A stretch of DNA of 64,000 bases from Pelagomonas calceolata (taxonomy: Eukaryota): positions 5,208,001 through 5,272,000 of the forward strand of contig CAKKNE010000001.1 of the NCBI GenBank assembly GCA_918797485.1, written 5' to 3'. Below are positions 29,501 through 38,326 of this stretch, one piece after another. The notes beneath the pieces were generated by a model, which was not told the DNA's origin, did not search any database, and saw nothing but the letters and a program-made list of their open reading frames with translations. Every line of letters starts with the position of its first letter. Within the stretch, counting starts at the first letter, position 1. Position numbers and translations under genes: made by a program.

Positions 29501-32500
29501 CATGGCCCGACTTGGACACGCACGTTTGCGGTGCGTGCAAGGCGCTCGTGAATTGGGAAACGTATGGTTCCACGTGCGGCGGCTACTGCTCCGGCATCGG
29601 CCTCACTTGCGTCGACGGTTGGGAGGAGGTTGATGAAACATGCGAAGTGGAAGAGCACCTCGGATGCAACGGAAGGGCTGACTCGAGCGACGCGATCTGT
29701 GAGTGCGCGCCGCTCGCGGCGTACAGCTACTCGTTCTCCTACGACGTGTCGACGGCCCAGCCGACGTCATCCCCAACACCTACGCCGATCATCGCCGTCG
29801 AGGTCACGAGCACAGTCGCGGGCGTCACGGCGGACGCGTTCCAGAACACCGTGTTCGTGGACGCGTTCAAGACGACGGTGGCCGCAGCGATTACCGGCGT
29901 GGACGCGGACATGGTCACGAACCTGAGAGTCGACGGCGTGCCCGTGAACCGCCGCCTGACGGACGGCGTCGAGGTGACGTACGAGATCGTCGTGCCCGCC
30001 GCGACAGCCGCGGCTAGCGGCTACGACGACGTAGATGCGCTCTCGTCGGGCGTGTCGACGTCGCTCGTGGCGGCGGCCGACACGTTCGTCGAGACCGTGC
30101 AGAACGAGGTCGAGGCCATCGCCGCGGCGGCGCCGGCCGGCTCCACGGAGGCGGCCGAGGCCGCGGCGGCCGCCACGCATGCGGAGGCCATCACGACGGT
30201 CTTGGCCCCGGTCGTCGTCGTAAGTCAGACGCTCGCGCCGACGCCGCGCCCGTCACCGGCCCCGTCTCCGGCTCCCACACCGGCGCCCACGACTTGCGAC
30301 CCTTCTTCATGGCCTGACTTCGACGACGAGGTTTGCGGTGCGTGCAAGGCGCTCGTGAATTGGGAAACGTATGGTTCCACGTGCGGCGGCTACTGCTCCG
30401 GCATCGGTCTCACTTGCGTCGACGGTTGGGAGGAGGAAGACGATGATTGTAACGTGAAAGAGCACCTCGGATGCGACGGAACGGTCAGCTCGAGCGACGC
30501 GATTTGTGAGTGCGCGACGACCAACGTGGGTACGCCCACGACTTGCGACCACGTCGCCGGCCAGCCGTTCGTCCTCGTGGCGTCTGAGCCCGATCCAGCC
30601 ACCCAGGCAATGTTGGGCCTGCCAGACGGGGAGTTCTCGGTGGGCTTGAATCATGCCGACAGACACTACATCGCCGACGAGACTCCAAACGTCCACAGCA
30701 ACACATTTGTCAGCACGCAAACGACGGAGGGCACGAAGATGCTTCATCGCAGCACGGACAACAACATAGTTTTCCCGGATATGCCGGACGAGTGGACGAC
30801 GGACGCGACGCGGCCGCCGTCCATCGACGAGGACTTCCTCATCAACGTCGGTCTGCACGTTCACTGCAACGACTACGCGCCGGGGGCCAAGGCGATAGCG
30901 CTCGGAAACTACCACGAGTCCGTCGGGAGCTGGGTCGTCAACGAAGACGGGACAATTTCGCCGCATGATGGCCCGCACCTCATTCTTGGCTGGGGCGACT
31001 TCACCACGGCTAGTGGGTCGTGTGGGGCTGACAACATGAACATGGACCCGCAACCGAACAACCTAGTCCTCATGGACTCCGCGATGGCGCTCGGTTGCGA
31101 GGCCGCGAGAGAGGCCGATCCCGCTCTTCCGTGCGCGCCGGTCTTCCGCGCGAGAGGCGTCGACTGCGATGACGGCGTGACCGGCGGATACGAGTACTCG
31201 TTCTCGTACGACATCATCTACGACGTCTCCTACTCGTACGACATCATCTACGACGTCTCCTACTTGTTCTCGTACTCGTTCTCGTACTCGTTCGAGACGA
31301 TGGCGCCGACGCCGGCGGCCGTCGCGGCGGTGTCGGTCAACATGGGCTACACGATGGCGCCGCTCAGCGCGAGCAAGTCGCCGGCGTGGGTCGACTTCTG
31401 GGCCAGCGAGACCTACTACGGCTACATGGGCGACGAGGAGGAGATGACCACGCACGCGCACACGATGGTGTCGGTCGCGTTCGGCGCAGACTCGGTCTTC
31501 GGCGAGGTGACCACCGACAGCGTGGGCGCGACCATCGTCATCGCCGAGGGTCACAACCCCTGCGTGCTCGGCACTAGTACCAGCCGAGAAGAATACGACG
31601 GGTGTCTCGAAGACAACGGCATCAGCGGCCGCCGCCTGGACGAGAGGGAGCGTGCGACGCCCGCTCGCGCGTCGCGGAGGCTCGTCGTCGCCAGCGACGA
31701 CGACATCGACGAAGTCTGCGGCCCGGCGTGCAACGTGGACGACGGCTCGGTCACCGACGACGCTTCGAAGCTGGTCGTCGGCATGGAGATCGAAACGGAC
31801 CTCGAGGCGGAAGAGATTTCCGCCGGCGTCGGCGCGGCGACGGATTCTGTCGTCGCGGCCGCCACGGCGGACTGTTCGTGCTCCGAAACCGACTGCAACG
31901 CGCTGGCGTGCGCGTTTTGCGACGCTTCGGGCGACGCCGCGTCCGAAGGTTGCGAGGAGGCTTTTGTCGTTTCAGACGTCGAGGTGGCGTACACGGTCGT
32001 GTTCAGTAACGACACCAACGTGACGACCTACGAGGTGATATCCGGCTCCGCCACGTTCTCGGGCATCTCGTACGACGAGGCGAACGATGCCTCGGCCAAG
32101 GCCGTCTTTCGGGACGCGATCGGTCGCCTTTCGGCCAATATCACCGAGAACCGCGTGACTCTCACGCACTTGGAGGCGTCAGCGCGCCGACGCCTCTCGG
32201 ACGGCGTCGTGGTCGACTTCGAGATTAGCGTGACGGCCGCCGAGAAGGCCGCCGTCGAGGACGACCTGCAAGCGGCCAGGGATGACCCGAGCCTCCTCGA
32301 TGCGGCCCTCACGGCGGCCGCCGCGGCTAGTGCTGATCCTACGATGGTGGACTTATTCGCCAACATCAAGACGGAGAGCTTCGACCCCGACATCGGCGCG
32401 GCGACGCCGGCGCCGACGACGCTGGGCTTCTTCAATCTGTTCTACCAGGCCTGTGTCACGGGCGGCGATACGTACCCGTTGGGGAGGCGCTTCTCGAACT

Positions 32501-32757
32501 TGTACTGCCAAGCCGTCGCGCCCGAGTTCGCGGCGCACGAAGAAGAGCACGGCCCTATGGGCACGCCGAACGCGCCGCGGCCGAGTCCCAGGCCGACGCC
32601 CGCGCCCGTCGTGCAGCCGCCGGGAGCGGGCGTCCCTACCTATATGCCGTCGTCGAGCCCGACCTTCGTCCCGACCAAGGTCCCCATTTCGGCGCCCACC
32701 TACGTACCGACTCCGGCGCCGATCACGCCGTCGTATAAACCGACGACAGCACGGTAA
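23530..32757 (+). CDS. Giant secreted acidic, Cys-rich modular protein (about 3007 aa after splicing) with C-type-lectin-like domain; exons 23530-27204 and 27409-32757
   Basis: Signal peptide; DEDEDG linkers; duplicated Cys modules; WLDLQE|VTHDGAWVWSDGSAPSYENW lectin-like motif; YSYSFSY tracts; RRL motifs; PTPAPT linkers. Confidence 0.85.
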   Translation: MARLALLWAAVMPTVGGHATGQTPLAKGQARARGSRRLEGYSARRLADEDEDGDEDGDDYDYWEALCPECGDEHNCAAAAECHGWCCSTWGECCSEDEDEDGDEDGDEDDCTPGWGAIECLDDGTLMASTAEGCSSCDDCEMYDLTAATGGRYTCEPGTNTYYVDEDLDGNVDVEGPFGECWYDDCDDDDDDEDDDGDEDEDDDAMAACLRCVNEECAGNEAHSEICSDCLGEDCDECRDAIGDSELAAFVSGGCDFDDGSEVGNWFRDEACGSLRGCCPITREFCTNDPYLPDNCNCDWCGYPACGDCDCDVYGDDHCCTGSFGYEDEDGDEDDEECDIETSGDLNSSPSGTTNHGAGKGWCYSALDDLVGCTVSPGDCWAMCDFFFPPDEYNDGVVAIDWNKGGCYCQNECQCMEDVGDDEGYLITRDGTALPQECEGDEDEDGDEDEDEDGDEDEDADEDEGCTPGWHSVKCLDDGTVMRGEGCASCGDCAMYNYTAATGGRATCELHGPNGSYSYSYSYDQSRTATYYFLHGPDGSYSYSYSYDQSRTATYYFDGVEQAVEECGYEDCLFVENIACGETRYESTANAAHWLSGNDAPDHFYLITPSETAYYHFSTCGSDYDTYLYLYDVVDYEADTCLRSPAPHAGEVELIGEWDDDGENVCRALDGREEREDVWTSQPLQAGETYVLQVTGYSDREDCDTDHARDAGAAGNYALAVDCSPHPPCQDLMCSGQRCICGRFGCDMDECCLEDDDGNNRGCCNPSFCDDGGADVRGQTIQCNDDHSGWTTCRVPQDSGEAFPEYFEDEDEDEDGDEDEDGDEDGDEDEDEDDDCRPGHRMSECPPDCSPGWQTYECRDDGTLMHGNGCASCEDCEAFDHTAATGGRLTCEPGTSPIVYYYDEDLDGTPEDMGEVGECQHTDCSEAENEDEDEIYDVSYLFSYSFSFSYSFETMDRCLACVNAECQGDEPYSEICSDCLGEDCDECRDAIGESELTAFVSGGCDFDDGSDIGRWFRDEGCGSLRGCCPITREFCMNDPYLPDNCNCGDCGFPACGDCDCDAHGDGECCNREYLGDEDEDWDEDEDEDERRYEPCDSNDDCEGECKFCYVDEEGEGHCELCYYLWRCNMISWHDDCDEFHEGTCADHLDQNEELEARQNCEAVCETGGAQTCTTSYYRSDDEVASKEVAREYCGADGLARIDAAEENVNALSQCDMAMCWLDLQEVTHCVEINQCVGCSSSPSHFPAMTRPSWLGRAVRNRHRHAIEQASRRWRGGRRGDSARTCRKTLISTQVTHDGAWVWSDGSAPSYENWNNQYDQPDDGYGPEADAIMNAGDVEVYDGTWFDAQNGDWAHALCNNNQADCADDIYLAPYMTGCPEGYDFPATEGACQRAADLSSGYEYGGAEGPYGGPDDLADNHPPCLHRESWDGDEEELCWTRPARGYCPQVSEQWGDLGAVCVRVGGCFETMGCQGGTPRPTITPAPTPSPASCTVRAYESVGCDCDPKSTCEGGMHDGSDEACCGTNGGYCGVEWRGTDGAEWIDIHDDACSGTDFFRVSPGCGIEVKTEWGEAYTYNEGSVLVCGYECECRATPGCDTVRYLRIFATGPSSYDQGDEDECEGEYDDDWLDWDEDEDEECDIETSGDRSSSPSGTTNHGAGNGWCYSDLDEHVGCAASPGDCWAMCEDEYGDGVVAIDWDEEDGGSCYCQNECECMEDVGDIGSYLITRDSRVGALPHECGPDEGEDGDEDEDDDEDWMWDGGCRPDYCTSWGEDCCASMDWGEPATCANGYTPMPSNPSEDDCEYTCCPVDIGTVTLYEDKSRGAGCDALDYSGNVVDADSADHCCQDEDYCCFFGACASDSDYCGYRFHCPEVLVTGDLTFEGITYEAAQDNTDVFVAAVADLCGVAASAVTVEISKARRRRLAEGIVVTYTVGVATANEAQTVTSAISSSSTADVDAAISKAATDAGVDDDFDGVTTTNVGTPTTCDPSSWPDLDTHVCGACKALVNWETYGSTCGGYCSGIGLTCVDGWEEVDETCEVEEHLGCNGRADSSDAICECAPLAAYSYSFSYDVSTAQPTSSPTPTPIIAVEVTSTVAGVTADAFQNTVFVDAFKTTVAAAITGVDADMVTNLRVDGVPVNRRLTDGVEVTYEIVVPAATAAASGYDDVDALSSGVSTSLVAAADTFVETVQNEVEAIAAAAPAGSTEAAEAAAAATHAEAITTVLAPVVVVSQTLAPTPRPSPAPSPAPTPAPTTCDPSSWPDFDDEVCGACKALVNWETYGSTCGGYCSGIGLTCVDGWEEEDDDCNVKEHLGCDGTVSSSDAICECATTNVGTPTTCDHVAGQPFVLVASEPDPATQAMLGLPDGEFSVGLNHADRHYIADETPNVHSNTFVSTQTTEGTKMLHRSTDNNIVFPDMPDEWTTDATRPPSIDEDFLINVGLHVHCNDYAPGAKAIALGNYHESVGSWVVNEDGTISPHDGPHLILGWGDFTTASGSCGADNMNMDPQPNNLVLMDSAMALGCEAAREADPALPCAPVFRARGVDCDDGVTGGYEYSFSYDIIYDVSYSYDIIYDVSYLFSYSFSYSFETMAPTPAAVAAVSVNMGYTMAPLSASKSPAWVDFWASETYYGYMGDEEEMTTHAHTMVSVAFGADSVFGEVTTDSVGATIVIAEGHNPCVLGTSTSREEYDGCLEDNGISGRRLDERERATPARASRRLVVASDDDIDEVCGPACNVDDGSVTDDASKLVVGMEIETDLEAEEISAGVGAATDSVVAAATADCSCSETDCNALACAFCDASGDAASEGCEEAFVVSDVEVAYTVVFSNDTNVTTYEVISGSATFSGISYDEANDASAKAVFRDAIGRLSANITENRVTLTHLEASARRRLSDGVVVDFEISVTAAEKAAVEDDLQAARDDPSLLDAALTAAAAASADPTMVDLFANIKTESFDPDIGAATPAPTTLGFFNLFYQACVTGGDTYPLGRRFSNLYCQAVAPEFAAHEEEHGPMGTPNAPRPSPRPTPAPVVQPPGAGVPTYMPSSSPTFVPTKVPISAPTYVPTPAPITPSYKPTTAR
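27205..27408 (+). mobile_element. Introner element (MITE-like intron, 204 nt, GT-AG)
   Basis: Perfect 8-bp TSD GTCACGCA (27205-27212, 27409-27416). Perfect 15-bp TIR CTGTGTGGAAATCAA/TTGATTTCCACACAG (27213-27227, 27394-27408). Internal 12-bp inverted repeat at 27318-27353. Confidence 0.93.
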
Positions 32758-32840
32758 TCGGCGCCTCCCTCCTCCCTCCCCCTTCCTGTCCCCCCCCGCC
32801 CGCCCCGCCCGAACGCCCGACCTGCAATCTGACCTGCACA

Positions 32841-34280
32841 CTAATCACCTTTACTTTCCTCCGCCCCCTCCTCGGCGGCGAACAGCCCGTGGGCCGTCCA
32901 GTCGCGGCGCTGCGACGGCTCCTCGACGACGACGCCGAGGCGCTTGATGCACACGTCCAGCGCGGCCACGATCCCGCGCGCCTGCGCCGACTCGACGAGC
33001 AGCGGCGCCGCCTCGCGGAACCGCACCTCCACGCTGTCGCCCGTCGACGCCCACGACGCCACGTCGCCGACCGCGTAGCGGCAGTCGACGCCGAAGACGT
33101 CGTCGTCGTCGAGCAGCGCGAGGCCCCGCGAACCGACGGCCAGCCGATACGCGCCGGGCGCGTCGAGGCCGCCCACGACGTCGACCTCGAAGACGTGCGC
33201 GCCGTAGAGCGGCCGCGCGCGGCAGCGGTCGACGAACGCGCGGTGCAGCGCCCGCGCGTCCAGCTTTCTAAATGCCGCGACGTGCGGCGCCGCCAGCGAG
33301 GCCAATGTCAGGGGCTCCTCGCCCTCGTAGGCCGGCGGGTAGCACTCGCCGATCGACAGGTCCTCCGTCAGCGCCGCGAGGTCCTCGACCCTTATAGGCG
33401 TCGCGGCGCCCATCGTCGCTAAGAGCGACAGCGCCGCCAGGGCGCCGGCGTCCTTGCGCGGGATCGGCAGCCGGCCCTCATTTAGCACGTCGTCCTCGCA
33501 CTGCAGGAAGTTCAGCCGCTCAAATAACACGTCGTCCGAGCGGCTCGGCTCGTGGAGGAAGCGCAGGATGCGCTTGAACACGAAGGCGGACTCATGTACA
33601 TCGCCGACGAACTCGCTGCGGTGGAGCGGCCGCCCGTTGTCCGCGAAAAACAGGCCGAACGTCGACCGGCGCGCGTCCGTCAGCCGCAGCCGCGTCGTCA
33701 CCAGATGCCGCGCGACGGCGGCGCAGTCGACCCAGGGCGCCACGGGCAACGCCTCCACCAAGGACTCGCCGTCGACGAGCGTCACGCTCAGGACCGAGGG
33801 CGGCCTCATATCAAACGCGGCTATATTTTGTTCGGAGGGCGGGCTCGCGACGGCGCCGAGGACCTCGTGGACGAACAACGCGTAGCGCGTATAATCCGCG
33901 GACGCGCACGTGAGCGCGGCGTCGACTTTGCGTCTACATCCGTCCGTCGCCGGCGGGCACGTGAGCGCGACGACGCACAGCAGCGGCCACCCCCTTGACG
34001 GTGTGCGCCGCAGCGCCGTCAGGACGTGATCATAAACGTCGTCCCGCAGCTCCGGGACGTTCCGCGCGGCGCTCGCGACGGCGCGCGCGAGCGCGGGCCG
34101 GAACGACTGGGCCGCGACGTACGCGTCGACGGCCTCGGCGACGTGCTCCTTGCTGTCGAATTGGTCCTCTTTTGGTCGCGGCAGCGTCGCGGGCGCGTCC
34201 CGGTTCTCGGGGATGGAGCCCAAGCCGGGCTCCGGCGCCACACGGCCGGCGCGCGGCTTGGGGGCGAAGAAGTCGGCCAT
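32841..34280 (-). CDS. MyTH4-FERM-like domain protein
   Basis: ELRDDVYDHVL…RGWPLLCVVALTCPP (MyTH4-like); CRARPLYGAHVFEV…LAVGSRGLALL…VASWAS (FERM C-lobe). Confidence 0.75.
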   Translation of the reverse strand: MADFFAPKPRAGRVAPEPGLGSIPENRDAPATLPRPKEDQFDSKEHVAEAVDAYVAAQSFRPALARAVASAARNVPELRDDVYDHVLTALRRTPSRGWPLLCVVALTCPPATDGCRRKVDAALTCASADYTRYALFVHEVLGAVASPPSEQNIAAFDMRPPSVLSVTLVDGESLVEALPVAPWVDCAAVARHLVTTRLRLTDARRSTFGLFFADNGRPLHRSEFVGDVHESAFVFKRILRFLHEPSRSDDVLFERLNFLQCEDDVLNEGRLPIPRKDAGALAALSLLATMGAATPIRVEDLAALTEDLSIGECYPPAYEGEEPLTLASLAAPHVAAFRKLDARALHRAFVDRCRARPLYGAHVFEVDVVGGLDAPGAYRLAVGSRGLALLDDDDVFGVDCRYAVGDVASWASTGDSVEVRFREAAPLLVESAQARGIVAALDVCIKRLGVVVEEPSQRRDWTAHGLFAAEEGAEESKGD

Positions 34281-34380
34281 TAGTTGTTATTCATGGAGAC
34301 CATGCGTAGTGCTCGGCCGCGGGCCAGATGGCAGCAGTTGGGCTGCCTACGAGCAAAAAATGGCAGCAGCTTACGAATTG

Positions 34381-34403
34381 CTAGTGTCTTACAGGCCGCT
34401 AGC
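34381..34403 (+). promoter_or_regulatory. CTAG-bounded promoter motif (consensus copy)
   Basis: ctagtgtcttacaggccgctagc, between divergent starts 34280(-) and 34567(+). Confidence 0.7.
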
Positions 34404-34566
34404 TAATTTTCAGCTTAGTCGCGAGGGACGGGCGTGTCGTCTCGACGTGCGGCGGCGACGACCACGGTCTGGCCGGCCTGGGCGGCGCTGTGTCCGCGAG
34501 AGCCGTCGGGGTCGACGCCTCGGGTACTACTTAGTACTAAAAGTAAGCCACCGCAAGACTAGAGAC

Positions 34567-35307
34567 ATGTTGCTGATTGGGGACATTACGTTCCCTCGCT
34601 GGAACGGAGACGCTCAATTTGATCCATACATAACCGAGAAGCAAATAGATGATGCACTCAACCACGGCAAATCGCTCGATGCAGCAGAGCGAACCGCTGG
34701 TGCCAACGAATTTCTGATTGGTAATAATAGTGACACCAAAGTTACCGGGGAGTTGCTTCTCAAAGCGGTGGATAAAAGGAGGGCCGACGTCGTGCGATTT
34801 ATGGTAGAGCGGGGGGCGGATCTGAACTTCCCAACTTACTTGCTACACGCAGCCGTGCGGCGTGGGCGGTACTCGGACGCGGCCTTCGTTCTAGATTTGG
34901 GAGCCGCCGTCGATGTCGACGTGCCACTCCAAGGCGACGATACGAGGGATCGCACACCGCTCATGCGGGCTGCTGACCGCGCATGCCTCCCATGTTCGGC
35001 AGAGGAAGAGGCGGCACGACTCGCTACGGTTAAGCTTCTCCTGCATCACGGCGCGAATCTCGAAGCCCGCGATAGATACGGCCACCGGGCCCACCAGATC
35101 GCCACTATGGGATCGTCCGCGCGTGCCATTCTAAACGACGTCCGCGCCGCGGGCGGATGGCGGCCGTACGCCCGACGGGGATTCCACGGCGATCGGCTTG
35201 AAATGCTCGTCCTGCGTGTCCTCTGCGAACGGGGGCGGGCGACGACGGACGACGCGCTCCTCTCCCGGCTCTTCCCGTCTGTCGAAGATGCGGCCGCGGC
35301 GATCGAA
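34567..35307 (+). CDS. Ankyrin-repeat protein (paralog A), apparently 3'-truncated and running into the AIM24 fragment
   Basis: LLHAAVRRG, RTPLMRAA, LLLHHGANLEARD, LVLRVLCERGRA. Similarity to paralog B stops after RLFPSVEDAAAAIE. The frame stays open to 35670 but crosses another gene's exon and intron. Confidence 0.65.
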
Positions 35308-35322
35308 CTCGTATGCGCGCAG

Positions 35323-36152
35323 GTGCGACGAGTCGGACTGTTTTGGAAGGTGCATTTCCTGCTCGCCCTGCTGCATGGCGACGTTCGAGGCCCAGGAAGA
35401 CAACACGTACGTCGCTTTGACGCCCGTCCGGCCCGCGAAGGTGCTCCCAGTCTTTCTCGGCGGCCGCCGCTTCCTGGCCAAGGACCGGGCGTTCTTCGCG
35501 TCCTTGGGCGCGGTGGAGGTGAATTTCGACGTCGACACGAACCCCCTGACCTGCTGCTGCGGCGACCAGCTGTGTGGAAATTAACCAGTGAGTTACGTTT
35601 TGCGTGGACCTTCGTCAACCTCCACGCCATCGAGCAGACGCAGCTACGGAGACAAGCGTGGGGCGGCTGAAATTTGATTTCAACACAGGCGGCCAGGGCC
35701 TGATCCGCCAGGTTATCAAGGGCGACGGTATGGCCTTTATTGGGGCCATGGGCGTCATCACGCACAAGACGCTCGCGCCCGGGGAGACGCTCCTCGTCGA
35801 CACGAACTCGCTCGTGTCCTGGGAGGACTCCGTCGAATTTGATGTGAGGACGACGGGCGGCTGCTGCACGTGCTGCTGCGCGGGCGAAGGGCTCTTCAAC
35901 ACGAAGCTGACGGGCCCCGGCGAGGTCTTCCTCCAGAGCTACAGCCACGGCAAGTTCAAGAACTACGCCATCGAGTGGTACCTGGGCAACCGCGCGTCGG
36001 CCGGCCTCGCGCGCTTCGCGTCTCGCGGCGGCGCCGCGGCCGACCCGTTCGGCGCGCCGCCCGCCGCCGACACTGAGGTCATCCAGCGCCGCGGGAACAA
36101 CGCGCCGGCGCCCGTTCCCGCCGCCGCGCCGATGGACCGCAAGGGCCGCTAG
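35323..36152 (+). CDS. AIM24/TRAP-like domain protein, 5' part missing; exons 35323-35561 and 35689-36152
   Basis: YVALTP…PAKVLPV, TCCC|GGQGLIRQ…GDGMAFI, LAPGETLLVDT, CCAGEGLFNTKLTGPGEVFLQS. Begins at a GCGCAG acceptor with no upstream exon found. Confidence 0.75.
35562..35688 (+). mobile_element. Introner element (127 nt, GC-AG)
   Basis: TSD GCGACCAG/GCGGCCAG (7/8). TIR CTGTGTGGAAATTAA/TTGATTTCAACACAG. Internal CCACGCCATCGAGCAG. Removal fuses two AIM24 frames. Confidence 0.88.
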
Positions 36153-36177
36153 GAGCGACTGACTAACAAGAGGTCTC

Positions 36178-37854
36178 TTACCACCCCGAAAAGTCCCCGT
36201 ACGGCTTCGCTTTTTTTGGCTTTGGTCGCTCCGTCGCGACGGGCAGCCGGTCGTCCGCGGGGCGCTTCGGCGCCGGCGCCGGCGCGGAAGCGGGCAGCGC
36301 CCGCAAGCCCGCGGGCGCGGCGGCCGCGCGCGCGGCGATCTTCGCCCGCAATTCCCCCTCGAATTTCGCGTCGGCCTCGACGGTGGGATCCACAAAAACG
36401 TCCGTCCCGAGGATCTTGACGCCGTCCTTTAGGGGTCGATGGTCGTCCGCCGCGTCTACCTCAATTCGCTCGATCCGATCTAAAACGTCGTGCCCGCCGA
36501 CGACCCTCCCAAACACCGTGTGCTTGTTGTCCAGGTGGCCGCAGGACTTGAAAGTAACATAAAACTGCTGCTTGTTCCGATCCCTCCCGTCGTTCGCGTA
36601 CGCGAGCACGCCGCGCTCCGAGTGCGTCAACCTTGAATCGAACTCGTCGGCGAAGGGCGCGCCCCATAACGAATCGCCGCCCCGGCCGGTCCCCGTCGGG
36701 TCGCCGCCCTGCGCGACGAAGTGCCGCACGACGCGATGGAAGAGCGTCTCGTCGTATTTGCCGTCCCTGCATAAACCCAGAAAGTTCTCCGCCGCGCGCG
36801 GGACCATGTCACAATGGATCTCCACATTCAGATCACCTAATGAAGTTCGTATGCGAGCATAGCCCTTCTGGCCCAGCGATCTTAAAACTTTCCACCGCGC
36901 AGTTTTAAGTTCGTCGTCCGTCGCCGCCCTTAATGCCGCGGTCGTCGAGCGGTCCATGGCCGACGACGTGAAGGAGCCCGACGTGGCGCCCGACGTTAAT
37001 TTCGACCCCGGCGTCACTTCGTCGGTGGTTGCTCCCAGTTGCCTTACCCTTAAATACGCCTCCGTGAGGCCCCTGTTCTCGGGCCGGTCGGGCGCATTGA
37101 GAGCTTCCTGGCGCGCCTTTTCTTTGGCCAGGCCTGCGTGGAAAGCAACCGGTGACGCCATCGAGCAGATAGAGTTATGATTTCCACACACACACATACG
37201 TTGCGCCTCGCGCTCCTGGACGTTCCGCTTCGCCTCGGCCAGGACCTCCTTCTGGGCGTCTGTTTGTTTAAACGATCCTTTCGACCCCAACTCGGCGTCG
37301 CGCTTCTTCCTTTCCTCCTGCAGGTGCCAGAAGTTGGCCAAATCCCTACGAGATACAAGATCCTTGTCGTCAGGATCATGTAACGATATAACGTCCTCCT
37401 TCCGGAAGGGCGTCGCGTCCAGCAGGTCCTCCAAACAGTTCCGCTTGAAACAGAGCTCCTTGACCGCGTCCTTCGAGAAGACGTTGCCAGTAGTAGCGAT
37501 ACAGACGACCTTCGAGTGATTCGTAAACACCTTGCAGGTCACGGGGCAGTGCCACTGGTTGTCCTGATTTTTCGCCATTTTCAGCCGTAGAACGTCCTTC
37601 ACAGCCAATTTCTTACCGGTCGCCGGTGAGACCCCCTTCTCCTGCACGTACGGTAGTAGCTGCAACGCGTCGAATAAAATCCCATCTCTCGCGCACACTG
37701 GTGAATCGAAGGGTAGTAAAGATAGAGCGCAGCAGTCAAACGGTAACGCCCCGGTCAGTCCAATAGTCTTCTTCTTCTTGTAGCCCCCGTAGAGGCCGGC
37801 GTGCTCGGTGGCCGTTATAAACATCCTATCTTTCGAGTGCTGGTTCTTGCCCAT
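36178..37854 (-). CDS. PPIL2: RING/U-box cyclophilin PPIL2 (CYP60/CYP65); exons 37200-37854 and 36178-37133
   Basis: MGKNQHSKDRMFITATE, LPFDCCALSL, FHRVVRHFVAQGGDPTGTGRGG, HLDNKHTVFGRVVGG, GDFSGW end. Confidence 0.92.
   Translation of the reverse strand: MGKNQHSKDRMFITATEHAGLYGGYKKKKTIGLTGALPFDCCALSLLPFDSPVCARDGILFDALQLLPYVQEKGVSPATGKKLAVKDVLRLKMAKNQDNQWHCPVTCKVFTNHSKVVCIATTGNVFSKDAVKELCFKRNCLEDLLDATPFRKEDVISLHDPDDKDLVSRRDLANFWHLQEERKKRDAELGSKGSFKQTDAQKEVLAEAKRNVQEREAQRMCVCGNHNSICSMASPVAFHAGLAKEKARQEALNAPDRPENRGLTEAYLRVRQLGATTDEVTPGSKLTSGATSGSFTSSAMDRSTTAALRAATDDELKTARWKVLRSLGQKGYARIRTSLGDLNVEIHCDMVPRAAENFLGLCRDGKYDETLFHRVVRHFVAQGGDPTGTGRGGDSLWGAPFADEFDSRLTHSERGVLAYANDGRDRNKQQFYVTFKSCGHLDNKHTVFGRVVGGHDVLDRIERIEVDAADDHRPLKDGVKILGTDVFVDPTVEADAKFEGELRAKIAARAAAAPAGLRALPASAPAPAPKRPADDRLPVATERPKPKKAKPYGDFSGW
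37134..37199 (-). other. In-frame 66-nt GT-AG intron, degenerate introner
   Basis: GTATGTGT-GTGTGTGGAAATCA…CTGCTCGATGGCGTC…TTTCCACGCAG. Removal gives QEREAQRLAKEKARQE. Confidence 0.85.
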
Positions 37855-38104
37855 GGTTGCTATCAGTCTTTTGCGGCTGCTCCTGCGACGAATGACTTGC
37901 GCGGCGCGGCGTATTGCTTTCGCGGCGGCGGCGTACGGCTGTGAGATGTTGTGCTGTGTGACAGCTGTGGGAGCGCCGCCTCGCGGGTGAAGCAGCGGTC
38001 GCCGGCAGCGATGCGGTCTAGATGAGAAGCGCTCGGAGCGTCCAACAAGCTGTATGGACCACAGAGGCTCGGGCCCGAGACATCGACGCGTCGACTGTGT
38101 CGCG

Positions 38105-38126
38105 CTAGTGTGTAACAGGACGCTAG
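38105..38126 (+). promoter_or_regulatory. CTAG-bounded promoter motif
   Basis: ctagtgtgtaacaggacgctag, between divergent PPIL2 and DDX23. Confidence 0.6.
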
Positions 38127-38326
38127 GTCGGTTATGCGCGCGGCCCAAAGCTTTTGCTCGTCGCGCAAGGTCATATCGTGGCCTGCTGCAGGCTAGAAGA
38201 CCTCAGGACTGCTGCAGTAAGAGAGCTGCGGACAGATCGACCGCGCCGACGACTTGGGGACACGAGGGCTCTGCAGCCCATAAAACAAGCAGCGAGACGC
38301 CGCCGCGCATAAAACGAGGCGCCACG

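Noticed and set aside
34150..35670. 506-aa ORF as a single protein
   Set aside because: The 5' part spans the promoter and the antisense of the FERM gene. The 3' part is an off-frame AIM24 exon plus an introner.
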